A stretch of 36,996 nt of DNA from a virus, in the UHGV virus genome UHGV-0150596, one strand, 5' to 3'. Made by a program: the position numbers and the translations under genes. A model generated the notes under the pieces. It worked only from the letters and a program-made list of their open reading frames with translations, made no database searches and had not been told where the DNA came from. Of this stretch, positions 7,951 through 18,500 are shown piece by piece (position 1 is the stretch's first letter; every line of letters starts with the position of its first letter).

Positions 7951-9351
7951 ATGGACTCTGAAAAGTTATATGGCTATAAACTACTAAAAGACGCATATTA
8001 CGGTACAGGCCTGTTCTCTGTTGGTCGTGGCCTTGTACGACACCCGAGGGAAAGCACACCGAATTACGCCTTTCGTAAGAAGCTTGCGTACTACTTGAAC
8101 TATACCGGTCCTATCGTCAATGCATCGGTAGATCCGATATTTAGGGATACGATTAAACGTGAATATAAAGATACGGAGAAGTTCAAGGTGTTCCTGGAAG
8201 ATGTGGACCGCAAAGGCACGAGCTTACAGGAATATATACGTCAGCAAGCGACCTTAGCCAAGCTGTACGGCGTTATGTATATCATCGTGAACAACGTTGT
8301 GGAGTTCGGCGAATCGGTAGCTGACAATATTAAGAACAGGGCGTTACCGTATCTCACGGCTGTTGAGCCGCATCACATTACGGACTGGCAGTTCGATGAG
8401 AAGGGAACATTGATAAAATTCGCATACAAGGACGTTATTTACGACGCTGATAGGAGAAAGCAAACACGATATTACATATGGACTCCGACGAATTGGCAGG
8501 TCTTAGATGAAAACGGGAACCAAATAAAAGGTGGCACTCATAACATTGGCCGTATTCCCGTTGTTCAGTGGTTCGGTAGAAGCTCTAAAAAGACGGATAT
8601 TTTACCGCCTGCCGAGTTTTTGAGTATTGCACAGACAAACTACCATGTGTACCACCTGTGCAGCCTTTTAACGCAAATATTGAACAATCAGACATTCTCT
8701 GTGTTGACTATGCCGGCAGACGGCAGCACTCCCGACGTAACGCTCGGGACAAATAACATGCTGCTGTATCCGCAAGAGTCGTCTCACGCACCGGCATTTA
8801 TTGCCCCGGACAAAGGGCCGGCTGAGGTGCTGATGGCACAAATTGACCGACTCATTAAGGAAATGTATCGCATGAGTGGCATTGATTCGGTTGTAGGTGT
8901 AGAACAGTCAAAGAGCGGTGTGGCTAAGCAGTGGGACTTCGAGCGAACCAACCAACGCCTGGCGGACTTCTCCGTTCAGTGCGAGGAAGCCGAAAAGGAT
9001 ATCATTGGACTTTATGAATTATGGGCGAAGGAAAACGTCGGATATGAAGTTGAATATCCTCGAGATTTTCAAATTAACGACGTTACTGAATCGCTGTCTC
9101 AGGCACAACAGGCACTGGACCTTGGGTTTAGATCCGACACGTTCTCCGCTGAAGTAAGTAAGAAAGTCCTGGAAGCGTATATGCCGAATATTGAGCCTGA
9201 TACGTATGATGACATTGTAAGCGAGATAGAAGAAGGCTTCGATGAGGCTGAAAGAGATAGGGATTTAATGAAACAACGGTTTGAGCCGATGACGGGTGAT
9301 AAGGGTGATGTAAATGCCGAAGGACAGAACGCAGAACAACCTGGAGAATAA
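7951..9351 (+). CDS. Portal protein (SPP1 gp6-like)
   Basis: 466 aa after terL; HNIGRIPVV and SGVAKQW motifs. Confidence 0.88.
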   Translation: MDSEKLYGYKLLKDAYYGTGLFSVGRGLVRHPRESTPNYAFRKKLAYYLNYTGPIVNASVDPIFRDTIKREYKDTEKFKVFLEDVDRKGTSLQEYIRQQATLAKLYGVMYIIVNNVVEFGESVADNIKNRALPYLTAVEPHHITDWQFDEKGTLIKFAYKDVIYDADRRKQTRYYIWTPTNWQVLDENGNQIKGGTHNIGRIPVVQWFGRSSKKTDILPPAEFLSIAQTNYHVYHLCSLLTQILNNQTFSVLTMPADGSTPDVTLGTNNMLLYPQESSHAPAFIAPDKGPAEVLMAQIDRLIKEMYRMSGIDSVVGVEQSKSGVAKQWDFERTNQRLADFSVQCEEAEKDIIGLYELWAKENVGYEVEYPRDFQINDVTESLSQAQQALDLGFRSDTFSAEVSKKVLEAYMPNIEPDTYDDIVSEIEEGFDEAERDRDLMKQRFEPMTGDKGDVNAEGQNAEQPGE

Positions 9352-10861
9352 TTTAGACGGTTTCGAGCGAGTCCTTCGGGCCTTAATCTTAGTCGGTATG
9401 GACCCTAAAGAAGCCGTAAAAGTTGCGTATCACCGTTATCCGGTTATGCGGCACCTTTACAAGGATTTGCTCGACGACCTTGTTGGCGATTTTGCTGAAG
9501 GGTATGGGAAGAAACAAGCGGCGGCCAAGTTTGAGCATGAAGCCATATCAGCGGCTATGAATAAATCATGGACCGACGACGGCGTAAATCTTTCTGAACG
9601 CATGTATAAGAACAGCAAGAAGGTCCAGGCCGAATCGGCCGAGGTCATCGGCAAGGCTATTAAGGAAGGCGAGTCGGTAGCCAAGACGGCCAAGAAGCTA
9701 TTCGATGGATACGGTAAAGGCGGTATCATTCCTGAGCAAGATATACCCGAATTCATTCAAGAGGTGAAGGACTTACCTGTTCCCGACTGGCTCGACGAAG
9801 AAGCGGTCGCTGAGTGGAAGGCAGCCATACGCCATGCACGAAAGCTTATTGAGCAAGGAACAACGCCTGGGCTAAGAGCAGCGTATAGTGAGGTCATGGA
9901 TGCCATTGAAAACGGAGCAAAGCAAAATGTAAGCAAGGCTATTGATACTGCAGTACAAGAAAAGACTCGATATACAGCCGAACGTATTGCACGCACGGAA
10001 CGAGCGAGAGCCTACGCTGATGGAGTCATGGCTAAATATATGGATGACCCGGACATTGTGGCGTTTCAGTGGAAACTATCCGATAGACATCCGAAGTGCG
10101 ATATTTGCGATGTATACGCTCATGCCGACCTGTACGGACTCGGCAAGGGTATATTCCCGAAGGATAAATTTCCAAAGCTCCCTGCACATCCTCACTGCTT
10201 ATGTCGAATAAAGCCAATTGTTGACGGCATGATTGACATGAGCAAACAAAAGGATAATGTTGATAAAGGTGGAAAAGCATACATCGATACGCTTCCGAAA
10301 CGGGAGCAAGAGCGGCTACTTGGTGTCCATGGTAGAAATTTAGTAAATAAAGGTTTTTTGTCGTGGTCTGAAAAAGCAAGAGGAATAAGTCACGATGGAT
10401 TCAACGCACGAGTTCCTGTTCCTGAAAGTTTGAAAGCATATGTCAAGAATGGCAAAGTAAACGTAGGGGAATTAGGTAAACGACTTGAGGGAGAAGCGGT
10501 TGATGATGTTATAAAACGGGTTAAGGATTATATTAATTCACCTTTTTTTATGAGTGAATACGTTCCACGGCAAGGAATGCACACAAAAGGGCATGAACTA
10601 TACAAGCCCGAAGATAATAAAAGCTATTATGAGTATGAAATCCCTAATGCAGATGTAATCAAAGCCATAAAGGATGCCATTGATGCTAGTGGAATACAAA
10701 TGACAAAAAACGGAAATTGGAGTCATAAAGTGCTTATTGATATATCACCGCATATTGGCTATACTGTGAATAAAGAAACGGGAGAGATGACTAGGACTAG
10801 TCTTGCAACCGTACACATTTCAAATAAAGGAATTCACATAGTACCTAGAAAGGAGCGGTAA
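9314..10861 (+). CDS. MuF-family minor head protein with a C-terminal Ntox50-like polymorphic toxin domain
   Basis: ERIARTE...CDIC...PAHPHCLC MuF motifs; C-terminal RQGMH..GH..Y...KSYY...T..ATVHISNKGIHIVP matches the Ntox50 pattern as recalled. Confidence 0.85.
   Translation: MPKDRTQNNLENNLDGFERVLRALILVGMDPKEAVKVAYHRYPVMRHLYKDLLDDLVGDFAEGYGKKQAAAKFEHEAISAAMNKSWTDDGVNLSERMYKNSKKVQAESAEVIGKAIKEGESVAKTAKKLFDGYGKGGIIPEQDIPEFIQEVKDLPVPDWLDEEAVAEWKAAIRHARKLIEQGTTPGLRAAYSEVMDAIENGAKQNVSKAIDTAVQEKTRYTAERIARTERARAYADGVMAKYMDDPDIVAFQWKLSDRHPKCDICDVYAHADLYGLGKGIFPKDKFPKLPAHPHCLCRIKPIVDGMIDMSKQKDNVDKGGKAYIDTLPKREQERLLGVHGRNLVNKGFLSWSEKARGISHDGFNARVPVPESLKAYVKNGKVNVGELGKRLEGEAVDDVIKRVKDYINSPFFMSEYVPRQGMHTKGHELYKPEDNKSYYEYEIPNADVIKAIKDAIDASGIQMTKNGNWSHKVLIDISPHIGYTVNKETGEMTRTSLATVHISNKGIHIVPRKER
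10737..10765 (+). promoter_or_regulatory. Sigma70/SigA-type promoter inside the toxin coding region
   Basis: TTGATA-N17-TATACT, about 100 nt upstream of the immunity ORF. Confidence 0.6.
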
Positions 10862-10862
10862 A

Positions 10863-11075
10863 ATGACTGAAGATGCAGTATTTGGGTTTGTTGAGAATGC
10901 CAAGTCTCGCACTTTTGAGGTTACTGATGTTGACGGTAGTCTTTTTACAGGTAGACTCGTATCCTGTACGTCTGGTGCGGATAATGAGCCGGACCCGGCA
11001 TCCATATCGTTACAACAGAAGGGGTACTCGGTTGAACTGTTTGTAAACGAAATCCAATCAATCAAAGAAATTTAG
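10863..11075 (+). CDS. Putative cognate immunity protein of the MuF toxin
   Basis: 70 aa acidic ORF 1 nt after the toxin stop, AAGGAG RBS; interrupts the MuF-scaffold synteny. Confidence 0.7.
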   Translation: MTEDAVFGFVENAKSRTFEVTDVDGSLFTGRLVSCTSGADNEPDPASISLQQKGYSVELFVNEIQSIKEI

Positions 11076-11139
11076 ACCCAACGGGTAATGCCGAGGGTCT
11101 TTTTTCATGCCTTGCGCAGTGGTGCGTAGGGCATTTTTT
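11074..11139 (+). terminator. Two tandem intrinsic terminators
   Basis: AGACCC...GGGTCT-TTTTT (11074-11105) and ATGCCTTGCGCA-GTGG-TGCGTAGGGCAT-TTTTT (11107-11139). Confidence 0.75.
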
Positions 11140-11205
11140 ATTGGTGAAAAGCGGAGGAGACCGCATCACATATATTTAATGTGTTCAAAAAGGAGAATGA
11201 GAACC

Positions 11206-11838
11206 ATGACAATGGCAGAATTGTATGCAGCACTGGAAAAGCTCGACGGCGGTGCGGCAATGGTGGAGACCATTAAAGCGGAAGTCGGGAAATTGAACGG
11301 CGAGTCGAAAGAGCAACGAGAAGCCAAAGAAAAGGCTGAAGCTTTGGTTAAGACGTTAACTGAGGCAAAGGACACGTTGACTAATCAAATTGCTGAACTT
11401 CAAAAGCCGGGAGCAGGAGAGCAAACAGCAGAATATAAGACTCTGCTGAAGAAATTCGATGACCTTTCCAAATCGTTCGAGACAGAAAAGGCTGCAAGGC
11501 AAGAAGCCGAACAAAAACGAATCCAGACAGACATCATGGCACAGACGGTTGATGCACTAACGAAGCACAATGCAATGGACCCGAAAGAGTTCGCCAAGCT
11601 TATTGTTGGCGGCATTGAAGTCGGTGATGATGGCAAGTACGGATTTAAAAAAGAAGACGGCACTGTCGGGACGATTGAAGACGCAGCTACCACATGGCTT
11701 AAAGGTAAGCCTTGGGCGGTGAAAGATAACCAAAACGGCGGCAGCGGGCAAGGAAGTTCCGGGCAGAATGCCGGCAATGATGTAAAAGCACAGTTTGAAG
11801 CGGCACTGGGGATATCCCAGGCAACGAAAGGAGACTAA
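11206..11838 (+). CDS. Capsid scaffolding protein
   Basis: Coiled-coil, Gly/Ser-rich C-terminus, precedes the capsid gene; AGGAG RBS favours the ATG at 11206. Confidence 0.8.
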   Translation: MTMAELYAALEKLDGGAAMVETIKAEVGKLNGESKEQREAKEKAEALVKTLTEAKDTLTNQIAELQKPGAGEQTAEYKTLLKKFDDLSKSFETEKAARQEAEQKRIQTDIMAQTVDALTKHNAMDPKEFAKLIVGGIEVGDDGKYGFKKEDGTVGTIEDAATTWLKGKPWAVKDNQNGGSGQGSSGQNAGNDVKAQFEAALGISQATKGD

Positions 11839-11841
11839 ATA

Positions 11842-12762
11842 ATGGCGATTAATACGTTAGAATGTGCAAAAATTTTCCAAGACGGGCTTGACGCACAAAT
11901 GCTCGCAACAGCAACATCGGCTTGGATGGAAGCCAATGCAACACAGGTAATTTATAACGGTGGCGATGAAGTAAAAATGCCCGAAATCTCGACGGCAGGA
12001 CTTGCGACATACGACCGTGACAGCGGCTTCGTACAGGGGGCAGTTACGCTGAAATTCGGTACATATAAGCTTACACAGGACCGTGGCAGAAGCTTTTCGC
12101 TCGACGCAATGAGTGTTGACGAAACGAACTTTGTGGCTTCTTCGGGCAATGTTATGGGTGAGTTCCAGCGTTTACAGGTTGTTCCTGAAGTAGACGCATA
12201 TCGTTATAGCCGTATTGCGGCGTTGGCTAAAGCGGCAAGCCAAGAAAAGGCAACGTTTACGCCGACGGCTGATAATATCCTGGCACAGCTCGATGATGAT
12301 ATTACGGCAGTACAGGATATTGTAGGCGATGACGAACCGCTTGTTATTGTCATGAATCGTAAGGTACGCACGATTCTTAACAATGCGAAAGGCATTCAGA
12401 AGTTTATTGATACGGGCGACTTTACAGCCGGTACGGTAACGACAAAAGTGCGGACGTACAATGAAATTCCTATCATTGGCGTACCGTCTGCTCGCATGAA
12501 GACACAGTACGTATTCAACAACGGCACGACAAGTGGACAAGAAGCAGGCGGCTTTAAGGCTGATACTCAAGCGAAGGATATTAACTGGATAGTAATCGCA
12601 CAGCGTGCGCCGATTGCCGTATCAAAAACGGACAAGGTCCGCATCTTCACTCCGGACGAAAACCAAAAGGCAGACGCTTGGAAGCTTGATTACAGAAAAT
12701 TCCATGACCTGTGGATTCCGAGTAACAAACTTAAGGGCGTATTCGTTAATACCGGAGCATAA
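11842..12762 (+). CDS. Major capsid protein
   Basis: 306 aa; GGDEVKMPEIS.AGLATYDR...LTQDRGRSF.LD.M.VDETN...PEVDAYR pattern typical of Firmicute phage capsids. Confidence 0.9.
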   Translation: MAINTLECAKIFQDGLDAQMLATATSAWMEANATQVIYNGGDEVKMPEISTAGLATYDRDSGFVQGAVTLKFGTYKLTQDRGRSFSLDAMSVDETNFVASSGNVMGEFQRLQVVPEVDAYRYSRIAALAKAASQEKATFTPTADNILAQLDDDITAVQDIVGDDEPLVIVMNRKVRTILNNAKGIQKFIDTGDFTAGTVTTKVRTYNEIPIIGVPSARMKTQYVFNNGTTSGQEAGGFKADTQAKDINWIVIAQRAPIAVSKTDKVRIFTPDENQKADAWKLDYRKFHDLWIPSNKLKGVFVNTGA

Positions 12763-12773
12763 GGAGGTACCGT

Positions 12774-12977
12774 ATGAACACTCGAGTAACTCGGCTTAAC
12801 GAAGTTCAGTACGCCGATTCTGAATACCGTCTTCAGCAGTTAATTGCTGAAGGCTTTGTGGCAGATGAACAGACAGAAGAAACGGAGTCGGTCGAAGAAA
12901 AACCGAAAAAGGCAAAGGCGAAGAAGGCTGAAGCCGCAGAACAACCGGCTGAAGAAACAGAACAGGTAGGCGAGTAG
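12774..12977 (+). CDS. Small acidic head-associated hypothetical protein
   Basis: AAGGAGG RBS; E/K-rich low-complexity tail. Confidence 0.7.
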   Translation: MNTRVTRLNEVQYADSEYRLQQLIAEGFVADEQTEETESVEEKPKKAKAKKAEAAEQPAEETEQVGE

Positions 12978-12978
12978 T

Positions 12979-13458
12979 ATGGGCGTCAGTCGGGATGTGT
13001 TCGATAAGAGAATACGACAGGCCGTAAAGGCATCGGCCATTGAAGTCCAGGACGAAGCACAAACGCATCACAATTACACGTCACGAACGGGCGATTTGAC
13101 TCGCTCTATTGACATGCGAATGTTAACCGACAAGAGTGCCGTTGTATATCTTGATGAGGGCTTGGCCGATTATGGGCCGTTCGTTCACGAAGGCACACGA
13201 CCGCACATGATACGGCCTAAGAATCGTAAAGCTTTGCGATGGGTCCCGACTGGCGGCAACTCGTTTTTGTTCGCAAAAAACGTTCTTCATCCCGGTAATC
13301 GCATGGATCCGTTCTTGTATAGAGCGTTAGATACGAAAAGACCGGACATCATTAAGATATTCGGCCAGTATACCAAGCTTGCCACTAAAGACATATGTGA
13401 TGCCATTGAACAAAAGTATAGTAATGGCCAAGCATGTGAGATTGAATTCAAATTTTAA
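12979..13458 (+). CDS. HK97 gp10-like virion morphogenesis/neck protein
   Basis: RTGDLTRSI...YGPFVHEGT...HPG....PFL motifs. Confidence 0.8.
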   Translation: MGVSRDVFDKRIRQAVKASAIEVQDEAQTHHNYTSRTGDLTRSIDMRMLTDKSAVVYLDEGLADYGPFVHEGTRPHMIRPKNRKALRWVPTGGNSFLFAKNVLHPGNRMDPFLYRALDTKRPDIIKIFGQYTKLATKDICDAIEQKYSNGQACEIEFKF

Positions 13459-13467
13459 AGGGAGTGA

Positions 13468-13854
13468 ATGCACATGTTATATGACTTGGCCGAAATGACA
13501 TTTTCTGACGAACTTCTCGGAAAGAATGTCAGTCGTGATGACCTCGCCATTGCCGAAAAGTGGCTGTATTTGTTCGCGCAGCGTCTTGGAGTTGAGCAAG
13601 CGAAGGTTATCCGTAGCTTTGTTGCTGATGAGCTTGTAACGCTGTATACGTATCGTGAGACCTGTGTGCGAAAGGCATATAGTTTGCCCGGAGCCTATGG
13701 GCGCGGCGGCGAAACGGACGACTTTTACGGCAAAAAACTCGCATATATCCAGGGACGAATAAAAGAGCTTGAAGGCTCGATTACACCCGAAGACCTTACA
13801 GGTGACCCGACGCAGTATTCCGGTTATCGGTCGTGTGAAATCTTCAGGGGGTAG
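13468..13854 (+). CDS. Putative head-tail connector protein
   Basis: Position and size within the neck module. Confidence 0.55.
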   Translation: MHMLYDLAEMTFSDELLGKNVSRDDLAIAEKWLYLFAQRLGVEQAKVIRSFVADELVTLYTYRETCVRKAYSLPGAYGRGGETDDFYGKKLAYIQGRIKELEGSITPEDLTGDPTQYSGYRSCEIFRG

Positions 13855-13859
13855 TCGAT

Positions 13860-14336
13860 ATGATCATGTGGTTTGAGCTTTTAAGACGGGTTCAGGATGT
13901 TCTTATGACGTGTAAAGTAACCGCACCTGTACAGCTTGGTGCGGTTATACCGCAGCATGCTGACGTTGACGAAATCGGCAAAATTATGCTTGTTCGAGGA
14001 TCCGAAACAGTAAATGATGAAAGTATCGAAAACGAGCTTCTTGTTACGATTTATCTTGAAGCCTGGGTACGAAATGACGACCCGGATTTATCCGTTGGAT
14101 ACGCTCGCATTAGTGAGCTTGAAGGACAAATTGACGCAGCTTTAAAGCAAATGCGGCAAGCCGTCGGTTCACTGAATGAGGATATATGCGTACTTAATGG
14201 CAGTAACTATCAGATTTTAGATTTAAAAGTTAAACAGAAAACGGGCGACCTCGACGCATTGCGACCGTTACTCGGCTCGCAGTATACGATTGAGTGTCGC
14301 CTTTTTGATTTGACTCGTGAAGGAGGAATATACTAA
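13860..14336 (+). CDS. Putative tail terminator/completion protein
   Basis: Acidic 158 aa protein directly before the tail tube gene. Confidence 0.55.
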   Translation: MIMWFELLRRVQDVLMTCKVTAPVQLGAVIPQHADVDEIGKIMLVRGSETVNDESIENELLVTIYLEAWVRNDDPDLSVGYARISELEGQIDAALKQMRQAVGSLNEDICVLNGSNYQILDLKVKQKTGDLDALRPLLGSQYTIECRLFDLTREGGIY

Positions 14337-14806
14337 TGCCGGCATCAACAACAAAGAAAGCATTGGCACCGTCTGCAGCTAATTCTTTAGCGACGGTGGG
14401 TAAAAATTATTTTATTTATTTAAACACAGGCACCGACGAAACGACGGGTGCGGTATGGACTAAAATCGGCGGTCAGAAGGGCGGTTCTATTAGCCGTAAA
14501 GCCGACTCTATTGACGCTTCTCACAAAGACTCTGGCGGTTGGAAATCGACCTTGCCCGGCCTTAAAGAATGGAGCATTGAATTAGATACTTTGCTCATGG
14601 CTAACGATGATGGCTTGGAAGCATTGAATGATGCCTTCCTTAAAGACCAACCTGTACACCTTAAATTCGAGTACCCTGACAAGTCCTATGTAACCGGTTG
14701 GGCGTCTATTACGGAACTTTCTATTGAAGCTCCGCATGATGATGTGGCGTCTTATAAAGGTACCTTGGCAGGTATCGGGCCTTTATCTGAATTAAAGAAA
14801 GCCTAA
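14336..14806 (+). CDS. Major tail (tube) protein, TP901-1 family
   Basis: IGGQKGGSISR.ADSIDAS.KDSGGW....PGLKEWS...APHDDVASY..TL.G.G motif. Confidence 0.9.
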   Translation: MPASTTKKALAPSAANSLATVGKNYFIYLNTGTDETTGAVWTKIGGQKGGSISRKADSIDASHKDSGGWKSTLPGLKEWSIELDTLLMANDDGLEALNDAFLKDQPVHLKFEYPDKSYVTGWASITELSIEAPHDDVASYKGTLAGIGPLSELKKA

Positions 14807-14826
14807 GAGAGGGGAATATATAAACC

Positions 14827-15210
14827 ATGAAACAAATTAAATGCGACTTCTTCGGCAAGGGTGAACGCTTGTACTTCAATATCCAACGCCTGGCTGAATT
14901 TGAATCGGCGGTCGGTAAGCCGATTTACAACGCTATTCAGCAATTGTCATTATCGGACATCATAACCGCATATGAAATTGGCCTTCGTCAGTATGGCCGT
15001 CGCAGCACTCAGTTCTATGCAGACCGCTTGCAGGAGCTGTTCGATAGCGGTGAGGTTGAATTAAACGACATTATGATGCCGATTGTTAAGGCCATTACAG
15101 GTAGTGGCATTCTCGGTAAAAAAGCATACTTCATGGCATTCCCTGAAGAAAAGACACCCGAAGACGATGCCGAAATCGAAGCCGAAGAAGACGAAGCAGT
15201 AAAAAACTAA
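14827..15210 (+). CDS. Tail assembly chaperone (gpG-like)
   Basis: Between tube and tape measure genes; ends in the slippery site A AAA AAC. Confidence 0.85.
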   Translation: MKQIKCDFFGKGERLYFNIQRLAEFESAVGKPIYNAIQQLSLSDIITAYEIGLRQYGRRSTQFYADRLQELFDSGEVELNDIMMPIVKAITGSGILGKKAYFMAFPEEKTPEDDAEIEAEEDEAVKN

Positions 15211-15231
15211 ACGGGGGGCATAATGCCCCCT
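15201..15231 (+). promoter_or_regulatory. Programmed -1 ribosomal frameshift signal
   Basis: Heptamer AAAAAAC (15201-15207), short spacer, hairpin GGGGGCA-TAA-TGCCCCC; the -1 frame is open into ORF 15243-15545. Confidence 0.85.
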
Positions 15232-15545
15232 CTTCTTTTGCATTGTGGGTACGAAAAGCCGAAAAAGTAGCTTATAGTATCTTGGCTTTAAAGCCGTCAG
15301 AATTCTATGAGCTTACGCCTATGGAGTTCGAAAAGATGGTTCAAGGGTATGACCTTCGGACTCGTATTGAAGACGCTAGAACGGCGTATATGACGTCACT
15401 TATTGTTAACGTCCAGCTCGATAAGAAGAACCAAATTAAAGTGAAGGATATTATGAAGGATTTGCATCCGCCGACACGACTGGATCGTAAGAAAGAGGAA
15501 ATGGAATTTATGAGAGAATGGCTTGAAGAAGGGGGTGAGTTGTAA
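15207..15545 (+). CDS. Tail assembly chaperone frameshift extension (gpT-like)
   Basis: -1 frame open from 15207; LKPSEFYELTPMEF motif; no RBS of its own. Confidence 0.8.
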   Translation, partial: LNGGHNAPSSFALWVRKAEKVAYSILALKPSEFYELTPMEFEKMVQGYDLRTRIEDARTAYMTSLIVNVQLDKKNQIKVKDIMKDLHPPTRLDRKKEEMEFMREWLEEGGEL

Positions 15546-18500
15546 TGGCAGACGCAAACATTCACGTCAAGATAAAAGGCGATAGCTCAAGTGCCGAACA
15601 GGCGATTGATAGAGTTGGTAGTAAGCTTGAAAATGCCCTGGGCGAAAAAATGGGCGGCATTGCCAAGAAGGCACTAGAGAAGATGCCAATGGCAGCGGCG
15701 GCGGCGGGCGTAGCTTTAGTTGCCCAAGAGGTTGCTCAGCTTGCCGGGAAAGTATCCGATACGGCTGACCAAATGGCACAGCTTAAGTCCCGTATCAATC
15801 TTATTAACGACGGCACGCAGACGACGACCGAAATTATGGACAAAGTCTATGCAGCAGCACAGCGGTCTCGAGGTGGATACGTCGAAATGGCCGACAGCGT
15901 AGCGAAGCTTAACATGCTTGCTAAGGACGCTTTCAGCTCGAATGATGAAGCGATAGCCTTTGTTGAACAGCTAAATAAGCAATTTAAAATTTCAGGGGCC
16001 AGTGTTCAGGAATCGACGGCAGCCATGTACCAGTTAACTCAGGCCATGGCAGCCGGGAAGCTTCAGGGCGACGAATTCCACTCAATCATGGAAAATGCTC
16101 CTATGCTCGCACAGGCGATTGCTCAGCAAATGGGTATGACCGTCGGACAGTTAAAAGAGATGTCATCGCAAGGTCTTATTACGGCCGATGTCATTAAAGA
16201 AGCCTTATTTAACAGTGCTGAAGAAACGAACGCCAAGTTCGCAGAAATACCGATGACGTTCGCCGAAATCGGACAACAACTCTCTAATCAAGCTTTGCAG
16301 GCGTTTCAGCCGGTTCTCGAACAACTTAGCTCTATAACCGCTTCGAGCGATTTCCAAGCCATTGTTGAGGGTATCGGAACATCCTTTAAGGTAATGTCGG
16401 CGGCGGCACAAGTTGCCATTGCGGCCATAAAGGCGGCCTTCTCGGCGCTAAGTGTAATTGTGAGGACCGTGGCTTCGGTGATTAAATCAGCCTTTTCGGT
16501 CATTATCGGAATGGGCAACCAGATTAAGCCTATAATTGCCGGGGTTGCGGTAGCGTTCACGACTTGGAAGACGGCCATATTAGCCGTATCGGTAGCGACT
16601 AAGGCGGCGGCCACAGCACAAGCCTTATATAAGGGGCAAATGGTAGCGTCCAGGATTGCGACCATAGGTGTTACCCTTGCGTCCATTCAGCTTAAAGCGG
16701 CCATGATAGCCAGTGCTATTGCAACAGCCGGAGTAAGAGGCGTTATGATGGCCTTATCTGGCACTCTTAACCTGGCGAAAGTCGGAACAATGGCACTAGG
16801 GGCCGCAACTAAAGTTATGAACGCAATCATGAGGGCCAATCCTGTAGGTATTGTCATTACGATATTGTCCGTTTTGGCCGGAGTTCTCGGTACATGTGCT
16901 GCAGCGACTCAGGGATTCGGAGAAACCGCCTCGGCAGTATGGGAAACGCTCGTTCATACCGTGGCCTGGGCGATTAATCAGATTATCGCTCTCATTAACA
17001 AGCTGATTAACGCCGTAAATGGCGTTGGAGCCAAGCTTGCGTCGGTATTCGACTTTGATTTCTCGGCTATTAATAATATTGAAGGCATTAGTCCTGAAGA
17101 AGCGCAGGCTTTTGGCGATACTATTAAATCCGCAGCCGGAGATGTGTTTAACGCACTGTCTGGTGGGGGCGGTGGTGAAATTGACGGCGGCGGCTATGAC
17201 GGCGGTGGCGGTGGTTACGATGCCGGAGGAGCCGGTGGCGGCGGGGGGTCAGGTGGTTCAGGCGGCGGTGGCGGCGCAGGAAGTGCCGGTAACCAATTAG
17301 CCGAAGAAGCCAAACGGATCCATGAGCAAATTCAACAGAACTACCTCGAGATGTTCGGCAAACAGAGCGAACTGGTTGAGCTTCAGTACAAAAAGGAACT
17401 GGAAGAACTCAACAAGTCCAAAGACGCCAACGAACACTATCAGGAAGACTTAACGAATCTCCAGGCTATTTATGCCGAAAAGCGTATTCAGGCTGAACAC
17501 GAAGAGCAACAGGCCATCCGTGAAGTGTGGAATAAAGTCCGAGATATGGCTAAGGATTTTAACTTTTCGATTAGTACGAAGGACTCGACAGGCAGCGCTT
17601 CACCTCTTACACAGCTCGAACATGACCATGAAGAAGCAATAAACAGTATTACTGATAAATGGCAAGGGTTCTCCGACGAGTACATTAAAATGACGAAGCA
17701 ACAACAGGCCGAATATAAAGCGGCTCTTGACGCTAACGGCATTGCGTACGAAATTGTCGGGAAGAATGAAATTACATTCGAGGCCGAGAAGAATAAAGAA
17801 CTCCTGGCACAAGAACAGGAATATCTGTTAAAGCGCAACGACCTGTATCGCCAAATGTCTGAAGAGAAGTGGGCTATTGACGAAGCCTTACGGACACAAA
17901 ACTTTGCGTCTTTGCAGCAAGCCTTGACTGACGAATACGTCATGACTCAAGACAATTACAATCTCCGCAAAGAGATGTTGGACGAATATCAGCAGGCTGT
18001 GATGGATTCGTATTTCAACACACAAGAAATGTGGATGGGGGCCATGATGTCCGGGATTGATGCACTTCAAGAGGGGTTGTCCGGACTTCTTCAAGGAACG
18101 ACAAGCCTAGGTAAAGCGTTTGAGAATATCGGCAAGGCTCTTATCAAATCTCTGGCCGATTATGTTGCCAATTGGGCGGCGGCAAGGCTTAAACAAGCTA
18201 TTCTCGGAAAGACACTTCAACAGCAAGAAACGGCTGCAAGCGTCGCAGCAGCCAACGCTCAAATACCGCCTTGGACGACACTTGCCCAGCAAGTAGCAAT
18301 GGCAACCGGTGGCGTATCGGCTACAACGGGCATGGCGGCATGGACGGCTCAGTCCGCAATCGGTGCGGCCGCAGGGCTTGCCATGCAAGCTAAAAACACG
18401 CTTATGGGAAGCGCTCCGAATTTACACATGGCAAGTGGTGGCGTGGCAGTAGGCCGCACGTATGCAGAAATCGGTGAAGGAAAGTACCCCGAAGCGGTCA

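Noticed and set aside
11107..11205. N-terminal extension of the scaffold ORF
   Set aside because: Runs through a terminator hairpin; the RBS supports a start at 11206
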